A program made the position numbers and the translations under genes. The notes under the pieces are model-generated. The model was not told where the DNA came from, ran no database searches, and saw only the letters and a program-made list of their open reading frames with translations. From sequence record PP400779: a stretch of 64,000 bases of DNA. One strand, written 5' to 3'. Below, piece by piece: positions 27,516 through 36,193 of the stretch. Position 1 is the first letter of the stretch; every line of letters begins with the position of its first letter. The DNA comes from Escherichia phage JM17.

Positions 27516-28538
27516 ATGGCTGAATGGATAGATAATGAATTTGCTTATCGTGCGTTTTCTCACCTACCTCGTTTTAGACAAATCAATAATTCAAGCACAT
27601 TTAAATTAACATTTCGATGTCCAGTTTGTGGCGACTCCCAGACAGATGCAATGAAAGCTCGCGGATGGTATTACGGTGGTACTCCTGGTAATGTACATTG
27701 CTATAACTGTCAATACCACAATACAATTTCCGGATACTTAAAAGAGTACGATGAAGAGCTTTATCGCGAATATCTAATGGAAGTTCGTAAAGAAAAAGCT
27801 AGAATGGAACCAAAGATTGAAAAGGTTCCTGAAGCTAAGCCGGAGCCAGAGAAAAAGACTATAAATTCTTTGCCGTCTTGTTCTCGTCTGGACAAGTTGC
27901 CTGAAGAGCATCCTATTGTGAAATATGTTAAGTCTCGGTGTATTCCTAAAGAATCATGGAACAGATTATGGTTCACATTAGAATGGCCCAAATTGGTCAA
28001 CAAGATTCAACCTGGTACGTATAAGAAAGAGATTCCCGAACCACGTTTAGTGATTCCTATTTTTAATAAAGACGGGAAGGCCGAGTCATTCCAAGGACGT
28101 GCACTTCGTAAAGATGCTCCTCAGAAATATATCACTATTAAAGCATTTGAGTCTGCAACAAAAATTTATGGTGTTGAACGTGTTAAGGAAGGAGACGTCT
28201 GGGTAATGGAAGGCCCTATTGATAGTTTATTCATACCCAATGCAATCGCTATTACAGGCGGCTCAATAGATTTAGATGTGGTACCATTTAAAGAACGTCG
28301 GGTATGGGTAATGGATAATGAACCTAGGCATCCGGATACTATAGCTCGCATGAAGCGATTAGTTGATGCAGGCGAACGTGTCATGTTCTGGGACCGAGCT
28401 CCATGGAGTTCAAAGGATGTGAATGATATGGTAATGAAAGAAAATGCAACACCACAAGAAATTTTAGAATATATGAAACAGAATATTTCAAGTGGGTTGC
28501 ATGCTAAAATGAGATTATCTCGTTATTCGAAGATTTAA
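27516..28538 (+). CDS. 61: DNA primase gp61
   Basis: 340 aa; N-terminal zinc ribbon CPVCGDS...HCYNCQYH; Toprim-like core; position after 41. Confidence 0.85.
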   Translation: MAEWIDNEFAYRAFSHLPRFRQINNSSTFKLTFRCPVCGDSQTDAMKARGWYYGGTPGNVHCYNCQYHNTISGYLKEYDEELYREYLMEVRKEKARMEPKIEKVPEAKPEPEKKTINSLPSCSRLDKLPEEHPIVKYVKSRCIPKESWNRLWFTLEWPKLVNKIQPGTYKKEIPEPRLVIPIFNKDGKAESFQGRALRKDAPQKYITIKAFESATKIYGVERVKEGDVWVMEGPIDSLFIPNAIAITGGSIDLDVVPFKERRVWVMDNEPRHPDTIARMKRLVDAGERVMFWDRAPWSSKDVNDMVMKENATPQEILEYMKQNISSGLHAKMRLSRYSKI

Positions 28539-28732
28539 ACCAGACCTATAATAGCAAAGGCCAAATCAACTACAGTATCCAATGGAACAGAAGGAACTAT
28601 AATACCATGGGCAACTAACAATGGTGCAATCCCGAAGTTCCATGAAATAATGCCACCTACAACTATTGCAGCGATAGCAGTTTTCTTTTTATTGCCTTTA
28701 ATAGCGTTGATTAACGATGGAAGTTTAAACAT
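28535..28732 (-). CDS. small membrane protein (65 aa) encoded antisense to the early array
   Basis: minus-strand ORF with aaggag RBS 6 nt before ATG; two hydrophobic segments. Confidence 0.45.
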   Translation of the reverse strand: MFKLPSLINAIKGNKKKTAIAAIVVGGIISWNFGIAPLLVAHGIIVPSVPLDTVVDLAFAIIGLV

Positions 28733-28821
28733 AATATCTCCTTAGTTACCTTATTATTTATTACGCTTTATAAAATTAATGTTAGAATTAACTCTCTTAT
28801 ACTGAATTGAAAGGAAAAATA

Positions 28822-29343
28822 ATGGCACACTTTAACGAATGTTCACAACTTATTTCTGGTGTTGATAAAGCAGAAGAAGCTTATTTTAATGCTCTGATTC
28901 ACGAAGATAAAGACCCACTGCAGGTAATGCTTGATATGCAGAAATCTTTACAGGTTCGTCTGGCAAATGACAAGCCTGAACATAACAAACATCCTGATGA
29001 ATTGGCTACTGCTGGTGATGTTGTTGATTGGCTGCGTAATCAGAAAGATTATATTGATGATGAATTTCGTGAACTGCTGACTTCACTTGGCGGTATGAGC
29101 AATGGTGAAAAAGCTGCCAGCAGTGTATGGAAGCCGTGGAAGGCACAACACGCTGAATATCGAAATCGTCGTATCGATGAACTGTCTCCTGAAGACCAGC
29201 TTGAAATTAAATTTGAAATGATTGATATTCTGCATTTCGTTCTAAATATGTTCCAAGGTCTAGGACTTTCTGCTGAAGAAATCTTCAAACTGTATTATCT
29301 GAAAAACCAACACAACTTTGAACGTCAGGATAATGGTTACTGA
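28822..29343 (+). CDS. 56: dCTP pyrophosphatase gp56 (MazG-like)
   Basis: 173 aa from ATG 28822 (MAHFNECSQLISGVDKAEEAY...); all-helical MazG-like composition; position 61..56..soc. Confidence 0.7.
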   Translation: MAHFNECSQLISGVDKAEEAYFNALIHEDKDPLQVMLDMQKSLQVRLANDKPEHNKHPDELATAGDVVDWLRNQKDYIDDEFRELLTSLGGMSNGEKAASSVWKPWKAQHAEYRNRRIDELSPEDQLEIKFEMIDILHFVLNMFQGLGLSAEEIFKLYYLKNQHNFERQDNGY

Positions 29344-29349
29344 TTAAGT

Positions 29350-29357
29350 TATAAATA
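29350..29357 (+). promoter_or_regulatory. late promoter (TATAAATA)
   Basis: exact TATAAATA 32 nt upstream of soc start. Confidence 0.65.
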
Positions 29358-29388
29358 CACCTGTAATTAAACAACAAAGGAGTTAATT

Positions 29389-29625
29389 ATGGGTGGTTAT
29401 GTAAACATCAAAACCTTTACGCATCCTGCTGGTGAAGGTAAAGAAGTTAAAGGTATGGAAGTTTCTGTGCCGTTTGAGATTTATTCAAACGAACATCGGA
29501 TTGCAGATTCTCATTACCAAATCTTTCCATCAGAAAAGGCAGCTTATTCTACTGTAGTTTCTGATGCAGCTGACTGGAAAACTAAGAACGCTGCAATGTT
29601 TACCCCTACACCAGTAAGCGGTTAA
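29389..29625 (+). CDS. soc: small outer capsid protein Soc
   Basis: 78 aa; GYVNIKTF...HYQIFPSEKAAYSTV closely matches remembered T4 Soc; late promoter upstream. Confidence 0.85.
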   Translation: MGGYVNIKTFTHPAGEGKEVKGMEVSVPFEIYSNEHRIADSHYQIFPSEKAAYSTVVSDAADWKTKNAAMFTPTPVSG

Positions 29626-29634
29626 ATAATTTAA

Positions 29635-29661
29635 GGAATCCTTCGGGATTCCTTTTTTTTT
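29635..29661 (+). terminator. intrinsic terminator (UUCG hairpin + T9)
   Basis: ggaatcc-ttcg-ggattcc followed by ttttttttt. Confidence 0.7.
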
Positions 29662-29670
29662 GTTTCTACA

Positions 29671-29700
29671 GTTTACAACCACTAAAAACTGTGTTAAGAT
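29671..29700 (+). promoter_or_regulatory. early-type promoter
   Basis: gtttac 29671-29676, spacer 18, tgtgttaagat. Confidence 0.4.
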
Positions 29701-29728
29701 ATTTTTACTTACTCAAGAGGAGAACAAT

Positions 29729-29956
29729 ATGTTAAATCGTTGGATTAAACCTAATAACACATTAGGTGCTTTGATTGCTCAAGAAGTTTCGTTGAAATAC
29801 GGTCTTGGATATTACGATGATGTGGTCGTACACTCATTCATGATGGATGGTGAAGACGTCAAATTTAATGCCGAAATCCGTTGGGATGATGGTGGTGTTC
29901 GTTTTGTTCGAGGAACAATTAATGCTTACGATACTGAAGAAGTTGTTTGCTGTTAA
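29729..29956 (+). CDS. hypothetical protein (75 aa)
   Basis: ATG 29729 with caagaggagaacaat RBS. Confidence 0.35.
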   Translation: MLNRWIKPNNTLGALIAQEVSLKYGLGYYDDVVVHSFMMDGEDVKFNAEIRWDDGGVRFVRGTINAYDTEEVVCC

Positions 29957-29969
29957 ACCAGGCGAAGGT

Positions 29970-30158
29970 ATGATGCCTATTCCTGATACACACGAAAAAA
30001 GTTGGGAATATATCGGTGACGGAATGATGGAAGAAGTTGTTCGTCCTAAGTCTGCTTCAAGCTCTTCAAGTTATAATCATTCATACGTATCGTCTTGGCC
30101 TGGTGATTCTGGGTCAAGTTATTCTGATTGTGGTTCAAGCTCAGGGAGCTGCGAATGA
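29970..30158 (+). CDS. hypothetical protein with Ser-rich C-terminal tail (62 aa)
   Basis: ATG 29970 with gaagg RBS; C-terminus SASSSSSYNHSYVSSWPGDSGSSYSDCGSSSGSCE. Confidence 0.3.
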   Translation: MMPIPDTHEKSWEYIGDGMMEEVVRPKSASSSSSYNHSYVSSWPGDSGSSYSDCGSSSGSCE

Positions 30159-30334
30159 ACAGATTGGTAAGATGGTTTAAAAGCTGGGACGATGGTGTCG
30201 GTCCAGAAGATTGGCTGGATGTTCTTGAAGAGAATATGGCTAAAGAATTCCAGAAACACGAAGAAAAGCTCGTCGAAGATGAAGGCGAACGTATTGTAAA
30301 ACTTTATATGGGTGAACCATCGAGGAAATTATAA
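30155..30334 (+). CDS. hypothetical protein (59 aa)
   Basis: ATG 30155 overlapping upstream stop. Confidence 0.35.
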   Translation: MNRLVRWFKSWDDGVGPEDWLDVLEENMAKEFQKHEEKLVEDEGERIVKLYMGEPSRKL

Positions 30335-30798
30335 TGGATGCTATGTTATTTAAAATGTATTTGCTTGAAGCCAAGTCGTTTAAACATATACCAGTAGAAG
30401 ATAAGACTCCACTAGAAATAGCTATTCTCATTAACAAAAGTCTAAATAATCCGCAATATATCGTAGAAGAATTCTGCAAATTGCAGATTCCTAAAGGTTA
30501 CAAAATTCGTGTAGATCGAGTTGGAGCTATTACTCATTCTAAAAATTCTCCGTTTAGTCTTGAAGAAGGCATAAAGGACTTAGGTTATGAATCTACGGAA
30601 AATGCCGTTTATGTGAATCCTGAAAAGCGTTTAGACTTGTTTGAAAAGCGAGACCATAAGTATTTTGCCAAAAAATACTTTATTACATCATTAGCAGATT
30701 TAATCCATTTGCAACGAGCTATTTGGAAATTTTTTAAGACAAAAGGTGTAGCACTAGAAACATTCTCTGAACCTGCTAGTTTTTATTTAGGTGAATAA
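30334..30798 (+). CDS. hypothetical protein (154 aa; T4 mrh position)
   Basis: ORF; position between soc and Mod-like genes. Confidence 0.4.
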   Translation: MDAMLFKMYLLEAKSFKHIPVEDKTPLEIAILINKSLNNPQYIVEEFCKLQIPKGYKIRVDRVGAITHSKNSPFSLEEGIKDLGYESTENAVYVNPEKRLDLFEKRDHKYFAKKYFITSLADLIHLQRAIWKFFKTKGVALETFSEPASFYLGE

Positions 30799-30799
30799 T

Positions 30800-30988
30800 A
30801 TGGACCTTATGAGTATGTTTGACGAGCCTGAAGTTGAGGCTCCTAAAGTGCATCGTAGTGAACTTGTTGATGAACTAGATAGTATTATACAGCGTCATGG
30901 CTTTAGTTTACCATTAGATGTCCTGAAAGACCTCGCCTCTTATTATGATGACCCTCCACCATGGAGTCCTTGGAGTCCTTGGAAATGA
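30800..30988 (+). CDS. hypothetical acidic protein (62 aa) ending PPPWSPWSPWK
   Basis: ATG 30800; C-terminus encoded by 9-nt tandem repeat. Confidence 0.35.
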   Translation: MDLMSMFDEPEVEAPKVHRSELVDELDSIIQRHGFSLPLDVLKDLASYYDDPPPWSPWSPWK

Positions 30989-31148
30989 AAGAGAAATTGA
31001 AAGAGAAATTCTTACTAGAAATCAAGGAAAAAGACTTTGAGACATGGTATCGAATGGTGAAAGGGTTGACATTGCTTTTTAAAACATCCTTATTCATGTT
31101 AGAACAACCTGGTCCTGATGGACCTTTAGTAGGAAAGCTTAAAAAGTA

Positions 31149-31177
31149 GTTTACATTCCCTCCTCTCGTGTTATGAT
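31149..31177 (+). promoter_or_regulatory. early-type promoter
   Basis: gtttac 31149-31154, 17-nt spacer, tatgat 31172-31177. Confidence 0.5.
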
Positions 31178-31204
31178 AGGCTTATCTTTAAATGGAGGTC
31201 TATC

Positions 31205-31786
31205 ATGACATGTCAATCTGAACTTCAAGAACGTGAATACCTAACAAATCTGATTGATAGCAAATTCACCCGCCAAGAACAAAACATTCTCTGGGCTTGC
31301 ACCGATTCTAAGGAAGACCCGGATTTTCACTATGAATTAGACCATCTTGTTCGTAAGCATATGACTTCTACAGTACCAGTAGAACTCTACCGCGGTGTAA
31401 CTCCAGAAGAAGTAGAACGTCTTTCCCTTCTTTCTGTTGGATGCCATTGGTCTCCTGGACGAGTAACATCGTTCACAACTGATTTCAGTACAGCTCGTCA
31501 ATTCTCTGGGAGATGGGAATATCAGACGTACACTATTCTTAGTCTCAGGAATGCTCCATTCATTTTTGATTACTACCAAAACATGATTAACATTGTACTC
31601 GCCGGAAAGAACCCTAAGCATGTTATGGAAGAAACGCGTGTTGACGTCCTAGATATGATTGAATCTGAACAAGAGTACATGGTCTCAAGTATCTCTAGAT
31701 TTGAGATTGTGGAAATTGAAGAGTTAGAGTATGACCCTTTGTCTCGAGTATACAAAATCATTCATTTGAAAATGTTGAATTTTTAG
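31205..31786 (+). CDS. modB: ADP-ribosyltransferase, ModB-like
   Basis: 193 aa; R-S-ExE signature (LYRGV, SFTT, ESEQEYMV); paralogous to next gene; position as T4 modB. Confidence 0.6.
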   Translation: MTCQSELQEREYLTNLIDSKFTRQEQNILWACTDSKEDPDFHYELDHLVRKHMTSTVPVELYRGVTPEEVERLSLLSVGCHWSPGRVTSFTTDFSTARQFSGRWEYQTYTILSLRNAPFIFDYYQNMINIVLAGKNPKHVMEETRVDVLDMIESEQEYMVSSISRFEIVEIEELEYDPLSRVYKIIHLKMLNF

Positions 31787-31815
31787 TGTACAAACTCTAC
31801 AGACGATGATACTAT
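31786..31815 (+). promoter_or_regulatory. early-type promoter
   Basis: gtgtac(a) -35 variant, spacer 18, gatactata. Confidence 0.4.
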
Positions 31816-31843
31816 ACCTTTATCAACCAGAGGAGAAACCAAA

Positions 31844-32452
31844 ATGTTTATGCCGTATAACGAGTGTGAAATTGAAGAAATGGTTCGTCGTGCTCAAAAC
31901 CCTGAATATCAAGATGAATTGCAGTATGAAATTGATAGTCAATTCAGCGACATTGAACAAAGTGTCCTGTGGCAGTGTATGGAAAACAAGCCAGACTGTA
32001 TTCAACAGGAGTTAAGTTCAATCGTTCGTAGAAATTGGACGTCTTCTGTTCCTGAGACAATGTATCGTGGAATCTCTAAGAAAACTATGGCCACACTTGA
32101 TGATAAAGGCATTGGTAGTATTATTAAATTTGACAGAGTAATGAGCTTCAGCCCAGTGTTCGGTGTAGCACGTAACTTTGCTTCGTATAATTTTTACGGA
32201 ACATTTAATATGTTCTGCATCAAAGATGCACCATTTGCTTTCAACTTCCGTGAACATATGCTTAACATGATTCTGGCTGCGCCATCTTGTGAGTTCAATG
32301 GAGCTTTCCCTGAAGCGACAAGACGGTCTAATGCCAGACTTATATCCGACGAATGTGAATTTATGCTCCCTATAGGGACTACACTGCGTGTAGATTCTAT
32401 TATTCAAGATGGACGGTATACAATCTGGAATCTGTCTATTCTCGGTTACTGA
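31844..32452 (+). CDS. modA: ADP-ribosyltransferase, ModA-like
   Basis: 202 aa; MYRGI, SFSP, DECEFML (R-S-ExE); tandem paralog of 31205-31786. Confidence 0.6.
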   Translation: MFMPYNECEIEEMVRRAQNPEYQDELQYEIDSQFSDIEQSVLWQCMENKPDCIQQELSSIVRRNWTSSVPETMYRGISKKTMATLDDKGIGSIIKFDRVMSFSPVFGVARNFASYNFYGTFNMFCIKDAPFAFNFREHMLNMILAAPSCEFNGAFPEATRRSNARLISDECEFMLPIGTTLRVDSIIQDGRYTIWNLSILGY

Positions 32453-32605
32453 CTGAATTGGAATAACCGGATGGAACTCAGAACCATTATAACACATAAA
32501 AAATTAAAGCATTTTACGAAAAAAGAGTGTACACTACCTGAGGGCATGTTATTATAAGCTTATCAGCTAAATGACCTTAACGTCCGTAAGACAGAGGAAA
32601 ATATT

Positions 32606-33343
32606 ATGTTATCAAATAACAAAATCAATCGTCGTCTTGACCACACCAGAGCTTCTGCGAAGAGACGCTCTAAGGATTTTAACTTAGACTTTAATTACCT
32701 TAAAAACATTCTTGATCAAAAGGTCTGCGCTTACTCAGGTGAATCTTTTAATAACTCTGTTGAAGGTGAGAAATTATCCTTAGAACGTTTTAATAATGAT
32801 ATAGGCTACATTAAAGGTAATGTTATCCCAGTTAAGAAAAAATATAACACGGCTCGTTCTGATTTAACATTAGAAGAACTTATTGAGAAACGTGATGCCA
32901 TTGCAAGACGTATCGCTAATCCTTCTGCCCGTAAAGTAGAGAAACTTAATCTCGACGAGAAGAAATGGGCCCAAATTAAAAAGGTTTATGGTACTATTTT
33001 AAAAATCCGAGCAAAACGTGAAAATCGTGTTAAGCATATGGCGAACATGATGAAAAATCAACCTTTATCTAACGAATCTAAACTTAGAATTGTTGCTTTG
33101 AAAGCACGCATTAATGGCTCACATCAAGCAGAAGGCCATGAACTTACTAAACTCAACGTTCTTCTTAAAGGCTCTGACTGGAAAACTAAAACTAAATTAA
33201 CTGACGCTGAATCGCTTTTCGATACATATGATAAAGTTATCCAAGGTCTGCAACGTTTTGAAAAGATTAGTTTCATTGGTAAATTAAAATTGAAACGTGG
33301 CTTACCACTTAGCGCATCATTATTCCAACTGATTAAAGGTTAA
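32606..33343 (+). CDS. HNH_3-like domain protein (T4 srd position); endonuclease activity uncertain
   Basis: 245 aa; CAYSGESF...LSLERFNNDIGYIKGNVIPV resembles HNH_3 core but D-H replaced by E-R; K/R-rich C-term; native-like codon usage. Confidence 0.4.
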   Translation: MLSNNKINRRLDHTRASAKRRSKDFNLDFNYLKNILDQKVCAYSGESFNNSVEGEKLSLERFNNDIGYIKGNVIPVKKKYNTARSDLTLEELIEKRDAIARRIANPSARKVEKLNLDEKKWAQIKKVYGTILKIRAKRENRVKHMANMMKNQPLSNESKLRIVALKARINGSHQAEGHELTKLNVLLKGSDWKTKTKLTDAESLFDTYDKVIQGLQRFEKISFIGKLKLKRGLPLSASLFQLIKG

Positions 33344-33345
33344 TT

Positions 33346-33657
33346 ATGGTTTATGTATATGCAATAGTTTATCGAGATATGGAAGGATTTACTGTCCCGG
33401 TTCCACTTGATGAGCATCGTCCTGCAGTATTTTTTAGAAAGGATATTGCAGATAAAGTTTTCGATACTTTGAAAACACAGTATAAAACAGATTTAAAAAT
33501 GGGAGTTCTAAGAATGGTCGAAACTCCGCGTAAGTTCTGGTTTAATAAGCTTGAAATGAAACACGTTAAACTAGATGCGGAGACGCAAAGATTGTATCAA
33601 CGAATCCTGGACACAGGCCGTATTGTTAGTATTCCAATTGCAGGGACTTTACGATGA
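33346..33657 (+). CDS. hypothetical protein (103 aa)
   Basis: ORF immediately upstream of dda, overlapping its start. Confidence 0.4.
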   Translation: MVYVYAIVYRDMEGFTVPVPLDEHRPAVFFRKDIADKVFDTLKTQYKTDLKMGVLRMVETPRKFWFNKLEMKHVKLDAETQRLYQRILDTGRIVSIPIAGTLR

Positions 33658-34967
33658 CATTTGATGATTTGACTGAAGGCCAGAAAAACGCCTTCAACGT
33701 TGTTATGAACGCTATTAAAGAAAAGAAACATCACGTAACTATTAATGGGCCTGCTGGTACAGGTAAAACAACCCTTACTAGATTCATCGTTGAAGCCCTT
33801 ATTTCTTCCGGAGAATCAGGTATTATTTTAGCAGCCCCTACACATGCTGCTAAAAAGGTTCTAAGCAAACTTGCTGGTCAAGAAGCATCGACTATTCATA
33901 GCATTCTTAAAATCAACCCAACTACATACGAAGAAAATGTATTGTTTGAACAGAAAAAGGTTCCCGACTTAGCCTTGTGTCGTGTACTGTTATTTGATGA
34001 AGCGTCAATGTGCGACCGTTCTCTGTTTAAAATAATGTTAGCTAGTATCCCTAAATGGTGCACAGTAATTGGAATCGGCGACCGATGCCAGATTCGTCCG
34101 GTAGACCCAGGCGAATCAACTGCGTATCTAAGTCCTTTCTTCACTCACAAAGACTTCGTGCAATGCAACCTTACAGAAGTTAAACGTAGCAATGCACCAA
34201 TTATTGATGTTGCGACTGACATTCGTAATGGCAAATGGATTTACGATAAAGTAGTTGACGGGCATGGTGTTCATGGATATACAGACCTTAAATCGTATAT
34301 GACGAACTATTTTAACGTCGTTAAAACTCCTGAAGACCTTTTTGAAAATCGAATGATGGCATTCACAAATAAGTCGGTGGACAAGTTAAATTCAATTATT
34401 CGCCGAAAACTTCTTGAAACAGAAAAACCATTTATTAAAGACGAAGTCATTGTTCTACAAGAGCCATTTACTAAGACATATAAGCTAGATGGTAAAAATA
34501 TGACCGAAATGCTTTTCAATAACGGGCAATTCGTTCGTATTCGAGATGCTGTAGAAACGTCTACATTCGTTAAAGCACGTGGTGTTTCAGGCGAATATAT
34601 GATACGATACTGGAATCTTACAGTAGAAACATATGGGGATGATGAAGAATACATCCGCGAAGATATAAAGGTTATTTCTTCTGAAGAAGAGCTTTATAAA
34701 TTCAATTTGTTTTTGGCTAAGACCGCAGAAACATACAAATTTTGGAATAAAGGTGGTAAAGCTCCGTGGAGCGAATTCTGGGATGCTAAACGTATGTTCA
34801 CTAAGGTGAAGGCACTACCGGTATCAACCTTCCATAAGGCCCAGGGTATGTCTGTTGACACGGCCTTTGTTTATACACCGTGTATCCATTATGCTGATTC
34901 AGAATTAGCTAAACAGTTATTGTATGTCGGCACGACTCGTGGTCGGTTTGACGTCCATTTTATTTGA
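33654..34967 (+). CDS. dda: Dda DNA helicase (SF1B)
   Basis: 437 aa; Walker A GPAGTGKTT, LLFDEASM Walker B; length as T4 Dda. Confidence 0.85.
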   Translation: MTFDDLTEGQKNAFNVVMNAIKEKKHHVTINGPAGTGKTTLTRFIVEALISSGESGIILAAPTHAAKKVLSKLAGQEASTIHSILKINPTTYEENVLFEQKKVPDLALCRVLLFDEASMCDRSLFKIMLASIPKWCTVIGIGDRCQIRPVDPGESTAYLSPFFTHKDFVQCNLTEVKRSNAPIIDVATDIRNGKWIYDKVVDGHGVHGYTDLKSYMTNYFNVVKTPEDLFENRMMAFTNKSVDKLNSIIRRKLLETEKPFIKDEVIVLQEPFTKTYKLDGKNMTEMLFNNGQFVRIRDAVETSTFVKARGVSGEYMIRYWNLTVETYGDDEEYIREDIKVISSEEELYKFNLFLAKTAETYKFWNKGGKAPWSEFWDAKRMFTKVKALPVSTFHKAQGMSVDTAFVYTPCIHYADSELAKQLLYVGTTRGRFDVHFI

Positions 34968-34976
34968 GAGAAAATT

Positions 34977-35654
34977 ATGAGCACTGATGTTATTATAGAT
35001 TTTGAAACATTCGGCAATACATCAAAAGCGGCTGTTATTGACCTTGCGGTTATTGCATATAATTCCGACCCTGAAGTTGTTGAATCATTTGAAGAACTTG
35101 TTCAACGAGGTAAGCGAATTAAATTTAATTTAGCTTCTCAGAAAGGGAAGCGAGTTTTCGCTAAATCCACTATGAAATGGTGGAAAGAACAATCGGCTGA
35201 AGCGCGTAAAAACCTGGCTCCGTCTGAAGACGATGTCACTACGCTTGAAGGCATTAAAATCTTTTTAGATTATTGTCGAGCTAATAAAGTTGACCAATGG
35301 AAATCACAGATGTGGTGCCGTGGTATGAGCTTTGACTTCCCGATCTTGGTCGATTTGATTCGTGACCTCTATCGTGATGAAGGTGTTCTTGAACCAGATA
35401 TTGATACTGATAAATTAGAACCTGTTAAATTCTGGGCTCAACGTGATATTCGTACGGCAATCGAAGCTTACTCGTTGACACGAGGATTAAGTATGTGTCC
35501 ATTACCGATGGGTACGCTAAAAGGATTCGTTGCCCATGATAGTATTCATGATTGTGCTAAAGATATTTTGATGTTAAAATATGCTCAGCGTTATGCGCTT
35601 GGCCTTGAAGATGTCCCTGAGAATCCTGACCCGTTAAGTGTAAAACAGCGATAA
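34977..35654 (+). CDS. dexA: exonuclease A DexA (DEDD family)
   Basis: 225 aa; N-terminal IIDFETFG exo I motif; position after dda. Confidence 0.8.
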   Translation: MSTDVIIDFETFGNTSKAAVIDLAVIAYNSDPEVVESFEELVQRGKRIKFNLASQKGKRVFAKSTMKWWKEQSAEARKNLAPSEDDVTTLEGIKIFLDYCRANKVDQWKSQMWCRGMSFDFPILVDLIRDLYRDEGVLEPDIDTDKLEPVKFWAQRDIRTAIEAYSLTRGLSMCPLPMGTLKGFVAHDSIHDCAKDILMLKYAQRYALGLEDVPENPDPLSVKQR

Positions 35655-35659
35655 AACCA

Positions 35660-35689
35660 GTTTACAACCAAGGATGGTTGGAGTATAAT
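35660..35689 (+). promoter_or_regulatory. early-type promoter
   Basis: gtttac 35660-35665, spacer 18, tataat 35684-35689. Confidence 0.5.
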
Positions 35690-35719
35690 GAATCTATCTT
35701 AAACAAAGAGAGAAAAAAT

Positions 35720-36184
35720 ATGATTAATATTGGTGAAATTAAACGTGTATCGACAGCGTCTCGTTCTAAAGCTGCAGGAAAGCTGGTTGAAGTAGTAGGA
35801 CTTCGTACTAATGGCATGGGCCGTATTAAAGAAGTTAAAGTTCGAATCATTCCTAGTTCTGGAAAAACTGAAACTCAGTTCGCCTATGTAAGTCCTAAAT
35901 TCTTGGAAACTCGTGTACGTGTCCAATTTGCTTCAAGCGATATCGTTGAGCCTACTACACAGTTCAAATGGGCCCTTTGCAAAGGCGTTGAATTTATAAC
36001 CGATAAAGAATTTGATTACATCGACGAATACGGTTATCCAAGCAAAACTGATACTATGTGCGGCTTCATCAGCGACCAATGGGTTGAAGATGGTAAAAAG
36101 CTATACAATATTGTATTCTTAGGTGACTTCCGAGTTGTTGAAGAATCTGAAATCACTCGCTATGTGTCTCCTCGTAAAGCTTAA
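35720..36184 (+). CDS. hypothetical protein, paralog A of a tandem pair (MotB position)
   Basis: 154 aa from ATG 35720; shares SRSKAAGKLVEV..VKVR..G..YV...F.E...QFKW.LC..V core with next ORF. Confidence 0.45.
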   Translation: MINIGEIKRVSTASRSKAAGKLVEVVGLRTNGMGRIKEVKVRIIPSSGKTETQFAYVSPKFLETRVRVQFASSDIVEPTTQFKWALCKGVEFITDKEFDYIDEYGYPSKTDTMCGFISDQWVEDGKKLYNIVFLGDFRVVEESEITRYVSPRKA

Positions 36185-36193
36185 GGAATTATT

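Noticed and set aside
30961-31149. 62-aa ORF overlapping the end of 30800-30988
   Set aside because: Overlaps the neighbouring ORF in another frame across tandem repeats and has no clear RBS; kept as a question in the findings rather than a feature.
32606-33343. Active HNH homing endonuclease (Mob-like) call
   Set aside because: The catalytic His of the HNH motif appears substituted and codon usage is not AT-rich like the clear GIY-YIG genes; downgraded to an HNH-like domain protein of uncertain function.
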